DNA of 32,000 bases from Candidatus Saccharimonadota bacterium (GCA_046350815.1 JAXLZO010000001.1:210001-242000), one strand, 5' to 3'; counted from the stretch's first letter, positions 9,813 to 19,923 are shown. Notes: generated from the sequence alone by a model not told the origin. Translations and numbers: made by a program.

Positions 9813-10859
9813 CTATTCTTTTCATATAAAAGCAAGAATTGTCTGGGCGAGTGAACGTTCACTCGCCCGCTTTGCAGCATGATGAAATACTTTTTTTGCT
9901 CATTCCGTCATGAGTATCTCGATATCATCTGGACCAATATATCATTGTTCATTTAATACTCGACTCGATTGGTTATAGAAGCGAAAGAGTTCACTTTCGC
10001 CACAATGATCAAAACTGAGAGAAATCCACGAGAGAAAAGATTCAAATTCGTGAACATTCCAACCACCTTTTTCTTTGTACATATCCCAATAAAAAGGCGC
10101 TCAGAGTTGAAGGGTGGCAGCTAATGAGACCTCTCAACGAACGATAACCACATCAGAAAGACCTATCAATGTATAGAATTGATCGATCGAAACATATGGG
10201 AGTACCCAGGATCAAGACTGTAAAAATTGCGGGAAGGCAATGGGAGTAAATCCAACAACAAACCAATCTAATCCGCATATCTCTTGAACATGTTTCTGTG
10301 TGTTATAGCTAAAAATCGTCACCATTTTGGAAGATGGTTGTATCTCTAGATCAAGCGTATATGGGAGATGATTTTTCCATTCTTGACAAGCAATAAGTCG
10401 AGCTTGTTTATCCTGAGATGAATGATGAGCTATCAACAAAGGAAGAAGACCACCACCAAGAGGACTATTTACAATATGAATGATCGGATGATCTCGTGAC
10501 GAACGTATATGTTCTTGTCCATTGAGCAGGGCAATATTCGGATCAAACGTCAGATAATCAACCCAAAGAGTAGCTACACCAATCGGTAAATTCTCAACAT
10601 AGGAAACATCAAAGTCGGTACGGAAAAGTATAAGAAAAAGTCGTGTCTCACTATGATCATGCTGATGCCACAATCATTTTGAAAAAATGGGATAATTGAT
10701 GTTCTGAAGTGAAAAAAACTTTTCAAGTGTACTACGATCATCCGTATAGAAACGGAAATCTATATTCTTGCTGGAATAAGCAAGATGACTCGTAAGTTCT
10801 GTCGCAAATCACATATCGCCGAGATTATCACAGACATGAATGAGGATATCAATATACAT
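9813..10859 (-). CDS. earP: EF-P arginine-32 rhamnosyltransferase EarP-like protein (DUF2331 family)
   Basis: ATG 10857-10859. The N-terminus MYIDILIHVCDNLGDMGFATELTSHL matches the EarP signature (F/I)C.V.DN.GD.GV..RLA. Track ORF 10212..10673 is an internal piece. The frame continues through several TGA to TAG 9813-9815. 348 aa. It lies immediately upstream of efp. Confidence 0.7.
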
Positions 10860-10968
10860 GGTTTTTCTTAATTATATAAAAAAGGGAGATTGTGTTATGA
10901 TAGTTTTGCAAAATATGTTTTATTAAGATAGACTGAACTCAAGAAATTCAAATTCTAAATTAACTATT

Positions 10969-12408
10969 ATGTCCTTAAAGATCCAGAATATTCGCTTTAA
11001 TAAAGATGAATATACCTACCCTCACGATACAAACGGAGCTATCAAATTTGAGGTGATCAGTGAAAAAGAGTGCATCATCAAATCAATCACATGTTCGTTG
11101 AAACAATCTTTCTATTCTGACAGAAAGTTGAATGCCGATGTACGGAATGTAAAAATTGAGTTACTTGGTGAACAAATCGCATTCAAATCATGAATTGTTC
11201 AAGTTTTTCATTTTCATTTTCCTATTCAAACACCAGATCTTATTGGTCAATGAGCAGGACTCATCAATATCATCAAAATTCAAATTGATCAAGATTGGTC
11301 GATTGATGATATTTCCATGATAGCCTATCCGAATATTACCATGCAATATCCTGATATGAGTCAAGTATCACCCAGTATTAAACTGTACTATCAAATACTC
11401 AATGATAGAAAACTCAATTTAGGTATGGTCACATCTTCCATGTCATCACAAAAAGAAGCACAGGAAGAATATATGGAAATCTTAGCGAACAAAAAGTATC
11501 CATCTACAGCATTAGAAATAGACAAAATACCAACATGAAAGGCAGAAGATTTTATAAATCCGTTTTTCATTGGCAACGATAAAGTCTATAGACCCATTCA
11601 TGAACAGATCAAGAAGAAATCATTGAGATATCGTATATGGACCTCGTTATTCTCCCTGCTACCAAAAACAATAACTCCAAGGAACATATTTATTATGGTT
11701 ATGAGTAGCTTGGCTGGGATACTGACAGTTGCTATTATTCTTACTATAGTCGAAAAATCTGTCTATGGGGAGGAATTCATGATGTGATTTAAAGTACTCC
11801 TCACCATAGCTATAGTAAACATCATATATTTTATTACAGAAAAAGATAAGCTTCCTATTTACCAGATTCAATTTCACAAAAAAGAAAATTTTCCATGAAA
11901 AATAGGTGTTTTTCAAAAATATATCAAAGATTTTCAAGTTGAAAGCTATGGATACGAAACTGACTATGATTGTCGTATACTCTATGAGACATATATACAG
12001 TCTTGGTATGAAACAGCAAAATGACGCACCGTTTTTCAAGACGCACTTGTATCTTCATTTCCACTTGCAGAAATATCATGAAATGGAAAATTTAAATTTT
12101 CCTCTCTTCAGGATAATCCACAACTATGAGCACTCTGTGAATCACTTTATATACCAAGTACCGTAATTGGAAAATCAGGAGTTTTTCATCGTATAAAAGT
12201 AGTTTTTATATCATCGTACCTCCCAGATTTTATTGAGATAATGGAACTAGAAACGCCAAAAGCTAAAAATCCCATCAAAGAATTAAGATTTCTATTGATC
12301 TTCACACTTATATTTATAACAGTTATTTATAACAGCAACGTGATATTTCATACGATCACAGCAATAATAGAGTGATTCTTTTTACCAATGATCACCAAAA
12401 TACAATAA
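10969..12408 (+). CDS. Novel multi-TM membrane protein with two beta-rich soluble segments (arrestin/Spo0M-like by eye)
   Basis: Track ORFs 10969..11193 and 11317..11538 share a frame. The frame stays open from ATG 10969 to TAA 12406-12408 and crosses 9 in-frame TGA. Hydrophobic helices IFIMVMSSLAGILTVAIILTIV, FKVLLTIAIVNIIYFI and LRFLLIFTLIFITVIY. 479 aa. Confidence 0.65.
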
Positions 12409-14421
12409 CTATGTTGCCCTCTTCGTTGTTACAATCGACTCCTCAAATGCTGAGGCAAGTACCTGAATACCAACGTGTTCTGTGCCAGCAAAGAAAAGTC
12501 ATTGACCAACTGCTGCATTCAAAAGGATATATTTTTCTTGATCCGTGAGCTTGAAAGTGTTTTGGAGCACATCGATGGAAGCTGGTGACTGTTTCAAAAG
12601 AAGCTGTATAGATCCATTCGTTACAATTGCTTTTCCATAATTAGAACTCATAAAATCTTCGACATCTTGTGTGATAGTCGTAACACCGAGTCCATATTTA
12701 CGAGCTCGTTTTACGAGACCAAAAAGGAATTTTGCACTTGCCTCATACTGCATAATATTCCATGCTTCATCCACGACGAGTAAGCGTTTTTTAAGGCTTG
12801 AACGAGTAAGATTCCACACATATCAAAGCATGATATACATCGCTGCGGGGCGCAAAAACTCATCAAGATCACGCACGGAGAATACCTGCAAGCCACTTCC
12901 AAGCTCTACATTCGTCGGAGAAGAAAAAATACCACTAAATACTCCATTCACATATTTATCCAGTCGCTCAGTGAGTCATTTTCCGCCATCCATCGTCTCA
13001 AGTACGGAATAAAAATCCTTCATGAGCGGTATTTCCTTGCCCTCTACACTATCGTCAGTGAGTGTGATTCCTTTAAGAGAATACGTCGTCACCATGGCAC
13101 GTTCGAGAATGGATTCTTCTGAAGGTGTACATTTTCCAAGGAGCAAATTCATGAGACCAATAAGCCCGACGACTGCCTCACGCAGTCGATCACCCGGATA
13201 TGATTCCTGATCTTTGAGACCTTTTGGAAGATCAAATGGATTCAGACGTTCTCGAGCATTCAAACTGATATTGATATATCCGCCACCAACAGTATCTACA
13301 AGAGGTTTGTATTCATTTTCAGGATCGATAACAATCACATCGATACCGAGCATAAGTGCACGAAGGATTTCGAGCTTCACAGCAAATGACTTTCCTCAAC
13401 CAGATTTTGCAAATACGGTCATATTAGCATTTTCCGAACGAAATCGATCGAAGATAATGAGGGAATTATTGTGAGTATTCACGCCATAGAGGATTCCATC
13501 TTCGTGTGTGAGTGTGGAGCTCGTGAAAGGAAAAGATGTTGAGAGACCGGTTGTAGAGATATTACGATAGACACCGACTTCATCGCGAGCAAATGGACCA
13601 GTTGCGGTAAACGCTTGCTCAGTGCGAAGCCACGTGGGCTTTGTGAGAATATTTCGACCTCCTAAAAGGGTTTCGAGATTATTCGAGAGCCTTTTCAATC
13701 CCTCTTCGCTCTCTTCATAGAGAGTAACATAGAGACTAAAATGAAAATACCGCTCACTTCATCTTGCGAGCGATTGACGAAGTTCTTCAACATCTTGAAT
13801 CTGTGCATCCAACGCTGGATCAGAGATGAGTCATTTATCCATATTGATCGCTCTCTGTGATCCGAGCTCCGTAAGACGTTTTTTGAGATACTTCATCACA
13901 CGATCATTCTCATCCGGATAGATATAAATCGACATATCGAACTTTATATCCCAGTTGATAAGAGGTGAGAGCCAATTTCCCTCAAGAAAATCCGGATACG
14001 CATGCGAAAAAAATGACCGAACAAACGTATCTCCCAATACGAGCTTAGTGGAATCTACCTTCAGAATACTCGGTGCAATAGCATCTTTTACATAAGAAAG
14101 CGCTTCCCGATATTCTTTTTCACCGCGCCGCATATCGTCCATCTCAGCTTTTGTAAGCTTACGATCTGGATTTTCTTCGAGATCCGTAGTCTGATTGGAG
14201 ATAGGAGGAAGAGTCACTGGAGGAGCCTCTTCTACTGGAGGTGCTATTACTTCACTCTCGACCTTCTCAACCGGAAGTTGAGAAATAACTGTAGGCGACT
14301 GATGTGTGAGAATCGCTTGTTTTTGTCGCTCAAAAAGCTCACGCTCAAATCACTCACCGTCACCATGAACTGGTGTTTGGACGAGAGCTAGGAGCGTTTG
14401 TGGATTTGAAAGTTCTGCCAT
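12409..14421 (-). CDS. VirB4/TrbE/TraC-like type IV secretion ATPase
   Basis: Track ORFs 13831..14217, 13396..13698, 12976..13380 and 12499..12819 all share one frame and are joined by TGA codons. Start ATG 14419-14421, stop TAG 12409-12411. Walker A FAKSG-G(TGA 13396-13398)-GKS. Walker B LLVVDEAW. ...GVTTITQDVEDF. 670 aa. Confidence 0.85.
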
Positions 14422-14571
14422 AGGAATTGATAGCGAATTATAGAGAGCTTTTATCGATTGCCTAGGGAAAGAATGAAAAATCACTAGACGAGATGAATTT
14501 TGTCACTCTTGTTTGTTTTATCGACTTTTTCCCTTTTTTTCATACAATAACAACTCTTTTGTTTTTCTCCA

Positions 14572-15654
14572 ATGAAATTTGATCTTGACCACCTCGAAAA
14601 CGATTTTCTCACTATCGAATCAGCTCTAAGCGATCCGGAAGTTTATGGAAACCCAAACAAGCTCAAAGAGCTTATGCAACGTAAAAAAAGCCTTGAACTC
14701 CCCGTAGAACTCTATCGAAGCTATCGAAGCTATCTTGAAAATCTCGAAGAAGCAAAAAAAATGCTCTCTGAAGAAAAAGATCCAGAGATGCTGGTTTTTG
14801 CAAAAGAGGAACTCACAAAAGCAACATGAGAAATAGCGAGACTGGAAGAAGAACTCAAAATTGCACTCCTTCCAAAGGATAAGAATGATGAGAAAAATAT
14901 TCTCTTCGAAATTCGAGCCTGAGCTGGTGGCGATGAAGCTTCACTCTTTGCACGGGAACTAGCTAATGCATATCTGCTCTTTGCAAAAGAAGAAGGATTC
15001 AATACAGAGATTTTGGAGGAAAGCGAAGGTGGAGTCTGAGGAATCAAAGAAATGATTATCAAAATTACAGGTTTTGGTGCCTATTCACGATTTAAATATG
15101 AAGGTGGTACTCATCGAGTACAGCGTATTCCAGAGACAGAGAGCAAAGGACGTGTTCATACCTCCACTATTACTGTTGCTGTACTTCCAGAAGTAGAAGA
15201 AGTCGATGTAGATATCAAAGATGAAGATCTTGATATCATGACAGCTCGAGCAAGTGGTGCTGGGGGGCAACATGTAAACAAGACAGAGTCCGCTATTCGT
15301 ATGGTACATAAACCAACAGGAATTGCCGTTGAGTGTCAAGATCAACGATCACAACTTCAGAACAAAATGAAGGCGCTCGAGATTCTGAGAGCTCGTGTCT
15401 ATGCGCTTGAAGAGTCTAAAAGAGCTGCTCTGATTGGGGAGGCTCGGCTTTCTCAAGTAGGAACAGGTGATCGATCTGAGAAGATTCGCACCTATAATTT
15501 TCCACAAGATCGTGTCACGGATCATCGTATCGGCGCAAACTTCTCAAATCTCCCTATGATTATGATGGGAAGACTCGCTCCGATTATTGATGCACTTGCA
15601 ACACAAGATCAGGTAGATCAACTCTCACGTATCGAAGGAAAAAATATTGATTAA
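14572..15654 (+). CDS. prfA: Peptide chain release factor 1 (RF1)
   Basis: Fragments 14572..14829 and 15052..15654 share a frame and are joined through TGA at 14827, 14920 and 15037. EIRA-G(TGA)-AGGDEA. PxT motif RIPETES. GGQ motif [14 protein letters not shown]. 360 aa, stop TAA. Confidence 0.95.
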
Positions 15655-15664
15655 TTTCTCATCT

Positions 15665-16132
15665 ATGTTTGTCACATTTGATCCTATCAATGAGGAAAAG
15701 CCGAACAAAAATCACCATGATCATGATAATCATTCAGATGAATGACATGAGTATAATGACGGACACCACAATACATCCTCAAGCGTCAATGAACTACCAA
15801 CAGCACAAATAGCACTTGATATCGTAGAGACACGAACTTCTATGATCATCATTGCTCCTATCGCTGGCGTTGCACTTGAAGATATTGACATTACTCTCTC
15901 AAAAAATATCCTCACTATTTCATGAGAACGACAAGAGCCAGAAATAACCGAAGAAGTGGAAAAAACACTTCTCTCGGAATGTTTTTTCGGCCTCTTCTCC
16001 CGAAGTGTCATCCTTCCGGAAAATCTTGAATACACAAAAATTGCTGCTGAAATGCAGGATAATCTCCTAACAATTCGTATCCCAAAGATTATTCTCCCTT
16101 CCAAAACGGTACCAATTACGAAAAAATCCTAA
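15665..16132 (+). CDS. Small heat-shock protein (Hsp20/alpha-crystallin) with a His-rich N-terminal extension
   Basis: ATG 15665. It is missed by the track, which shows only antisense ORF 15730..16104. Alpha-crystallin pattern ...NILTIS-G(TGA)-ERQEPE...GLFSRSVILPENLEYTKIAAEMQDNLLTIRIPK. N-terminus NKNHHDHDNHSDE-G-HEYNDGHHN. Stop TAA 16130-16132. 155 aa. Confidence 0.85.
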
Positions 16133-16143
16133 CAAACTATTGT

Positions 16144-16386
16144 ATGTGGCCATTCCGCCCAAAAAAAACACCGTTTATCCCAACACTACTCGCAAAAAAG
16201 AGTGCAAGAAAAGTTGATAAGATTGCTACGGGCTTTGTACTCGGGGGAATTATTGCTTCGCTCTACGGATTCAATAAAATCTCCAAAGCACCAAAAGAAG
16301 AAATTCATGATGAAAATGGAAAAGCATCTTTGAAAAAGACAATAAAATGGCTCGTATTCGGAACAAAAGATAGAACGAAAAAATAA
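16144..16386 (+). CDS. Small hypothetical membrane protein
   Basis: Intact track ORF with one predicted TM helix (IATGFVLGGIIASLYGF). It is tightly packed between hsp20 and the next gene. I recognise no family. Confidence 0.5.
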   Translation: MWPFRPKKTPFIPTLLAKKSARKVDKIATGFVLGGIIASLYGFNKISKAPKEEIHDENGKASLKKTIKWLVFGTKDRTKK

Positions 16387-16391
16387 TATAG

Positions 16392-17171
16392 ATGCGATAT
16401 TCTCACCAAATCGCTCTCATACTCTGACTATTTCTTTCGGGAATAGCTTTTTTTCAGACTATTCCACCAACCGAAGCAAATGATAGTGCTATTCAGGGAA
16501 GTATTATCTCCTGTTATAATAGTACGGAGCCAGCAGCAATCAAAGAGTACTATTGCCCCAGTGAAAAAAGTAATATTGATGAGCTCATCTACTACGTCGT
16601 CGTCACATCCAAACAACACGATATTGAAGAACAAATTAAAAAAGATCTCAAAGGAATAATGAACTCTGCAACAAGTAATCATACGCTCCTTTCAGCGCGT
16701 ATTTCAGCTATGTTCGATGCAATACCACTGGAAGACAAATATCCGAGTGACCGTGCAAATTATCGAGATCTTCTTCTCGGAACCTGTGACCAACAAAATA
16801 ATCTTCTCGATATAATACGAATTACTAACAATCAAGCATTTCAGGTTGCTTTTGCAAATGCTACAAAAGTAATACTTCCACCAATGGATACAACGAGCAG
16901 AGCATTGAAAGCCAAAGATGGAGACACAGGAATATTCAAAACATGTAAAAATGATATGCAACTTCGAATTCTCGCATACCGAGATATAGGACTGACGCTT
17001 GCCTACGAACGAATGGCTCTTGAAAAAGAAAAAACGCGTAACGAATATTTCACTAAGGTGAACGCATCATACGAAGACCTTTTGAACAAAGTTAATTTCT
17101 ATGCTGGTACGGTAGCGAGAATCATTGCAAAATTCCCAAATTATACACCTGTGACCGTTCCCCCTCAATAA
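16392..17171 (+). CDS. Hypothetical secreted protein
   Basis: Track ORF 16659..17171 extends in frame upstream through one TGA to ATG 16392. Signal-like N-terminus MRYSHQIALIL-G-LFLSGIAFFQTIPPTEA. 259 aa. I recognise no family. Confidence 0.6.
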
Positions 17172-17173
17172 TT

Positions 17174-18004
17174 ATGTCACAACTTCTTCGAGAGTATTAT
17201 CAAATTTCTGCTAAGAAAAAACTTGGGCAGAATTTTTTGACAGATGAGAGCAAATTACAAGTAATAGTCAAAGCAATCACACTACATGGACGGAGTGTAA
17301 CGGAGGTATGACCTGGATATGGGGCCCTAACAGAACATATTCTCCTCGAGGAACCAAAATCACTCGATCTTATCGAGCTTGATCCAGATATGATATCGAT
17401 TCTCGAGGATCGAATAAAGTCATCATCAGTATATCCATTTCACATCGGAGAGACAAAAACCAAAATTCTTCATCAAGATGTGCTCAAGCTAACTCAATTA
17501 CCTGAGAAAAGTATCATTGTGGCGAATATACCCTACTACATCACATCGCCAATTCTCACTCATTTTCTTATACATCTCCATCAATATGTTGGCGCTATGG
17601 TGATCATGATGCAAAAGGAAGTTGCTGAGAAAATCCTCACGAAGAAGTCAAAACATTCCTACCTCTCCATTTCATGCCATCTTTTCTGTAGCGATATATC
17701 ACTCGTGACAAATGTTCCAGCAAGCGCATTTGTACCGGCACCAAAGGTAGATTCCAGTGTACTTCTCTTCACGCTCGCATGACTGAATAGTGAAGAATTA
17801 TTACATTGTCAAAAGATACTCCAACTGGCAAGTCACGGTTTCAGAGAGCCACGCAAGAAACTCGTATCAAATCTCGCAAAATACGGGAAATGGGAAAAAT
17901 GAGAACTTCTCGAAATATTCAATCAACTCAGTCTAAATGAGAATCTTCGAGCAGAAGATCTGAGTATTAAAAATTGGCTTGATCTCTACCAAAAAATTGA
18001 ATAA
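17174..18004 (+). CDS. rsmA: 16S rRNA (adenine1518/1519-N6)-dimethyltransferase RsmA/KsgA
   Basis: MSQLLREYYQISAKKKLGQNFL. Motif EV-G(TGA 17309-17311)-PGYGALT. ANIPYYITSPIL. Fragment 17390..17782 is internal. Two more TGA occur before TAA 18002-18004. 276 aa. Confidence 0.92.
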
Positions 18005-18093
18005 ATATCCCCCTGTAGAACAGGGGGTTTTAGCAGAGAGACCCTAGAAGGGTCTTGAATGGGAAGTATAGTGAGACTTAGGATAGCGTGAGA

Positions 18094-18513
18094 CTAGAAG
18101 TGAAGATCAAGTTGATTACCATCCTCAATTATATCTTCTTTCTCTTGGTTACAGATGTAGTTGTTGATCATTTCAATATCGAGTCCTGTTGTTCGTACGA
18201 AGTATCATCGTGACCAAAAGTGTTTGTGTCCAAGAGCTGTTCTTCTTGGTGCATATCTATTATGGAGTCGTATGGCAGATTTTCATTTAAGAGTACCTAT
18301 GACTTTTGCTACTGAGAGACTTGGTGGTATCTTGAGCTGAAGATGAATGTGATCTTTCATAAGATGTCATTCGAGTTTTTCTATTTTCATTTCTCTCAGA
18401 AGATCATTGAGAATGTTTCAGAGTTGAGTTTTATAAGTTCCATATATAATTTTCTTGCGGTACTTTGGGCAAAGTACTATATGGTAGCTACAATCAAAGG
18501 AAGTATGAGCCAT
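18094..18513 (-). CDS. tnpA: IS200/IS605-family Y1 (HUH) transposase TnpA
   Basis: ATG 18511-18513 to TAG 18094-18096 with 4 in-frame TGA. MAHTSFDCSYHIVLCPKYRKKIIYG... HUH motif KDHIHLQLKIPP. Catalytic-Tyr region FWSR-G-YFVRTTG. 139 aa. The track shows only an out-of-frame ORF (18494..18742). Confidence 0.85.
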
Positions 18514-18526
18514 AAGTGAAGAATGA

Positions 18527-18599
18527 AAAAAGGTTATGATAGTAAGCACCCTTCTTCTGGGGACTCTCTGCTTGAGAGATACTATCATAACCTTTTTTC
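18527..18599 (-). repeat. 19-bp perfect inverted repeat (long hairpin) in the tnpA 5' leader
   Basis: AAAAAAGGTTATGATAGTA (18527-18545) and TACTATCATAACCTTTTTT (18581-18599) are separated by 35 nt. The spacer contains an inner CTCTC/GAGAG stem. The proximal arm ends 13 nt upstream of the tnpA ATG. Structured leaders that limit tnpA expression are known for IS200. Confidence 0.7.
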
Positions 18600-18728
18600 T
18601 TGTACATGTTGGAACGGTAGAACCTAGGTGTTTCCCCCACCAGAGGCGGGGGTTTTATACATTGCAGAATAAATAGGCAAAATATGTATTGCCTATAGAA
18701 TAAGTACATCAATTCATACATTTCATCG

Positions 18729-18992
18729 ATGACACAAAACACAAAAGATTATTTTTGGGATACCAATCTCAGTGACCTTGATGGAGCGATCACACCAAAA
18801 CCTTCTCAAATGGATCATCTGCAGAAACTCATGTTTGGAGAAATATTCTCTACCATGTGACACAATCATCAACAGGGAGAAATTTACAGCCCTGGAATTC
18901 TTTCGATGCGGAGACTTGCATATAATCAAATCAAAGGAATTATCCATCATGATCCTCGCGTTCCTTATTCCTACAGAGATATTAATCAATAA
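18729..18992 (+). CDS. Hypothetical small protein
   Basis: ATG 18729, one in-frame TGA, TAA 18990-18992 (87 aa: MTQNTKDYFWDTNLSDLDGAITPKPSQMDHLQKLMFGEIF...). It looks more protein-like than the overlapping track ORFs 18772..19023(+) and 18723..18989(-). A hairpin follows. Confidence 0.4.
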
Positions 18993-19010
18993 TTTTTCAA
19001 GATTAAAAAA

Positions 19011-19038
19011 ATACCATCTCTAGAGAGACGGTATTTTA
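19011..19038 (+). terminator. Putative terminator
   Basis: Stem ATACCATCTCT (19011-19021) / AGAGACGGTAT (19024-19034) with one mismatch, followed by a short TTT. Confidence 0.45.
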
Positions 19039-19097
19039 AGATTTAGCCCACAATAACGGGCGGTGATTTACAGAAGAATAAACCTCCTTCGTCTTCT

Positions 19098-19472
19098 TTA
19101 TAAACCGTGATTTTCACTTTTGTTCCTATAGATATTGATTACCATCGTTGTGCTTGTTGGGAAGTTAGAGAAACAAGAGCACATTGATGATTCTCGAGAC
19201 GAGAAGAAAAATACAGCTGCTCAGGAATACGTAAAACTTTGATTGATTGTATCTGCGCGGATCAAATAACTAATCATTACCCAAGTAGAATCGTGCTCCA
19301 TTTTCCATTGTCCATAATATTCCTTCAAGGCTATGTAGCCAATGAAGCTAGCGAACAAGAACATAATCCCAAGAATTACAAGTGCGGTTTTCGGAAATAC
19401 AGCACAATCCACTATTATGGAAAAGATAGCACCAGAGAGAATAATCGTATCCTCTCTTGAATTAAAAGACAA
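19098..19472 (-). CDS. Hypothetical membrane protein (weak call)
   Basis: Track ORF 19221..19472 (TTG start) reads through TGA 19221-19223 to TAA 19098-19100. Two hydrophobic segments. No ATG start, and the C-terminal part is poorly protein-like. Confidence 0.3.
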
Positions 19473-19486
19473 TAGTCAATTCTTTA

Positions 19487-19515
19487 TAAAAAAGCCACTC
19501 AAAACATTGAGAGGC
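19487..19515 (-). terminator. Rho-independent terminator after rplT
   Basis: Stem GCCACTCAA / TTGAGAGGC (19494-19515, one mismatch), with a T-run on the minus strand (A-run 19487-19493 on plus). It lies 17 nt downstream of the rplT stop. Confidence 0.7.
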
Positions 19516-19531
19516 TTTTTCTGTAAGGTTT

Positions 19532-19879
19532 TTACGCCATTACTTCTTTTACGAGAGTTTCAAATGCTTGTGGATGAGAGATAGCAAGATTTGAAAGATT
19601 CTTACGATCGAGTTCAATACCCTTCAATGCCATTGCGTGAATGAAGCGAGAGTATGAAAATCCGAGTGGACGAAGCGCATTATTGAGACGAACGATCCAG
19701 AGAGCACGGAACGTTCGCTTCTTTGCACGACGATCGCGGTATGCATTCGTACCAGCTTTCATCATTGCAATCTTTGCAGCAGTGAATACATTGCCGCGCA
19801 TCATGCGATATCCCTTCGTAAGAGAGAGGAGATTATTATGACGCTTCTTGGTCATGAGACCACGTTTTACGCGAGCCAT
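19532..19879 (-). CDS. rplT: 50S ribosomal protein L20
   Basis: Intact ORF. MARVKRGLMTKKRHNNLLSLTKGYRMMRGNVF..AYRDRRAKKRTFRALWIVRLNNA is typical of L20. Confidence 0.95.
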   Translation of the reverse strand: MARVKRGLMTKKRHNNLLSLTKGYRMMRGNVFTAAKIAMMKAGTNAYRDRRAKKRTFRALWIVRLNNALRPLGFSYSRFIHAMALKGIELDRKNLSNLAISHPQAFETLVKEVMA

Positions 19880-19923
19880 AGAGAATAAGTAAGAAAAGAT
19901 AAGTGAAAGATTTCTGCGGTATA

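Larger units (their letters stand above)
18005..18665 (-). mobile_element. IS200-like element (IS200/IS605 family, tnpA only); ends approximate
   Basis: A Y1/HUH transposase gene is flanked by similar same-strand hairpins, each followed by TTTTA: CCCCCTG-TAGAA-CAGGGGG (18009-18027) and CCCCC..GGGGG (18634-18652). A second hairpin AGACCC-TAGAA-GGGTCT lies at 18039-18055. The total size of about 0.65 kb is typical of IS200. Confidence 0.7.

Noticed and set aside
14713-14734. A tandem 9-bp repeat TATCGAAGC x2.4 inside prfA (encoding YRS-YRS-Y).
   Set aside because: It is in frame and lies in the variable N-terminal helical domain of RF1. It is most simply a slippage duplication with no evident regulatory role.
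18009-18032. The hairpin CCCCCTG-TAGAA-CAGGGGG-TTTTA as simply the rsmA terminator.
   Set aside because: This is not fully rejected, since it may serve that role. However, a near-identical C5/G5-TTTTA hairpin at 18634-18657 on the other side of tnpA argues that both belong to the IS200-like element ends.
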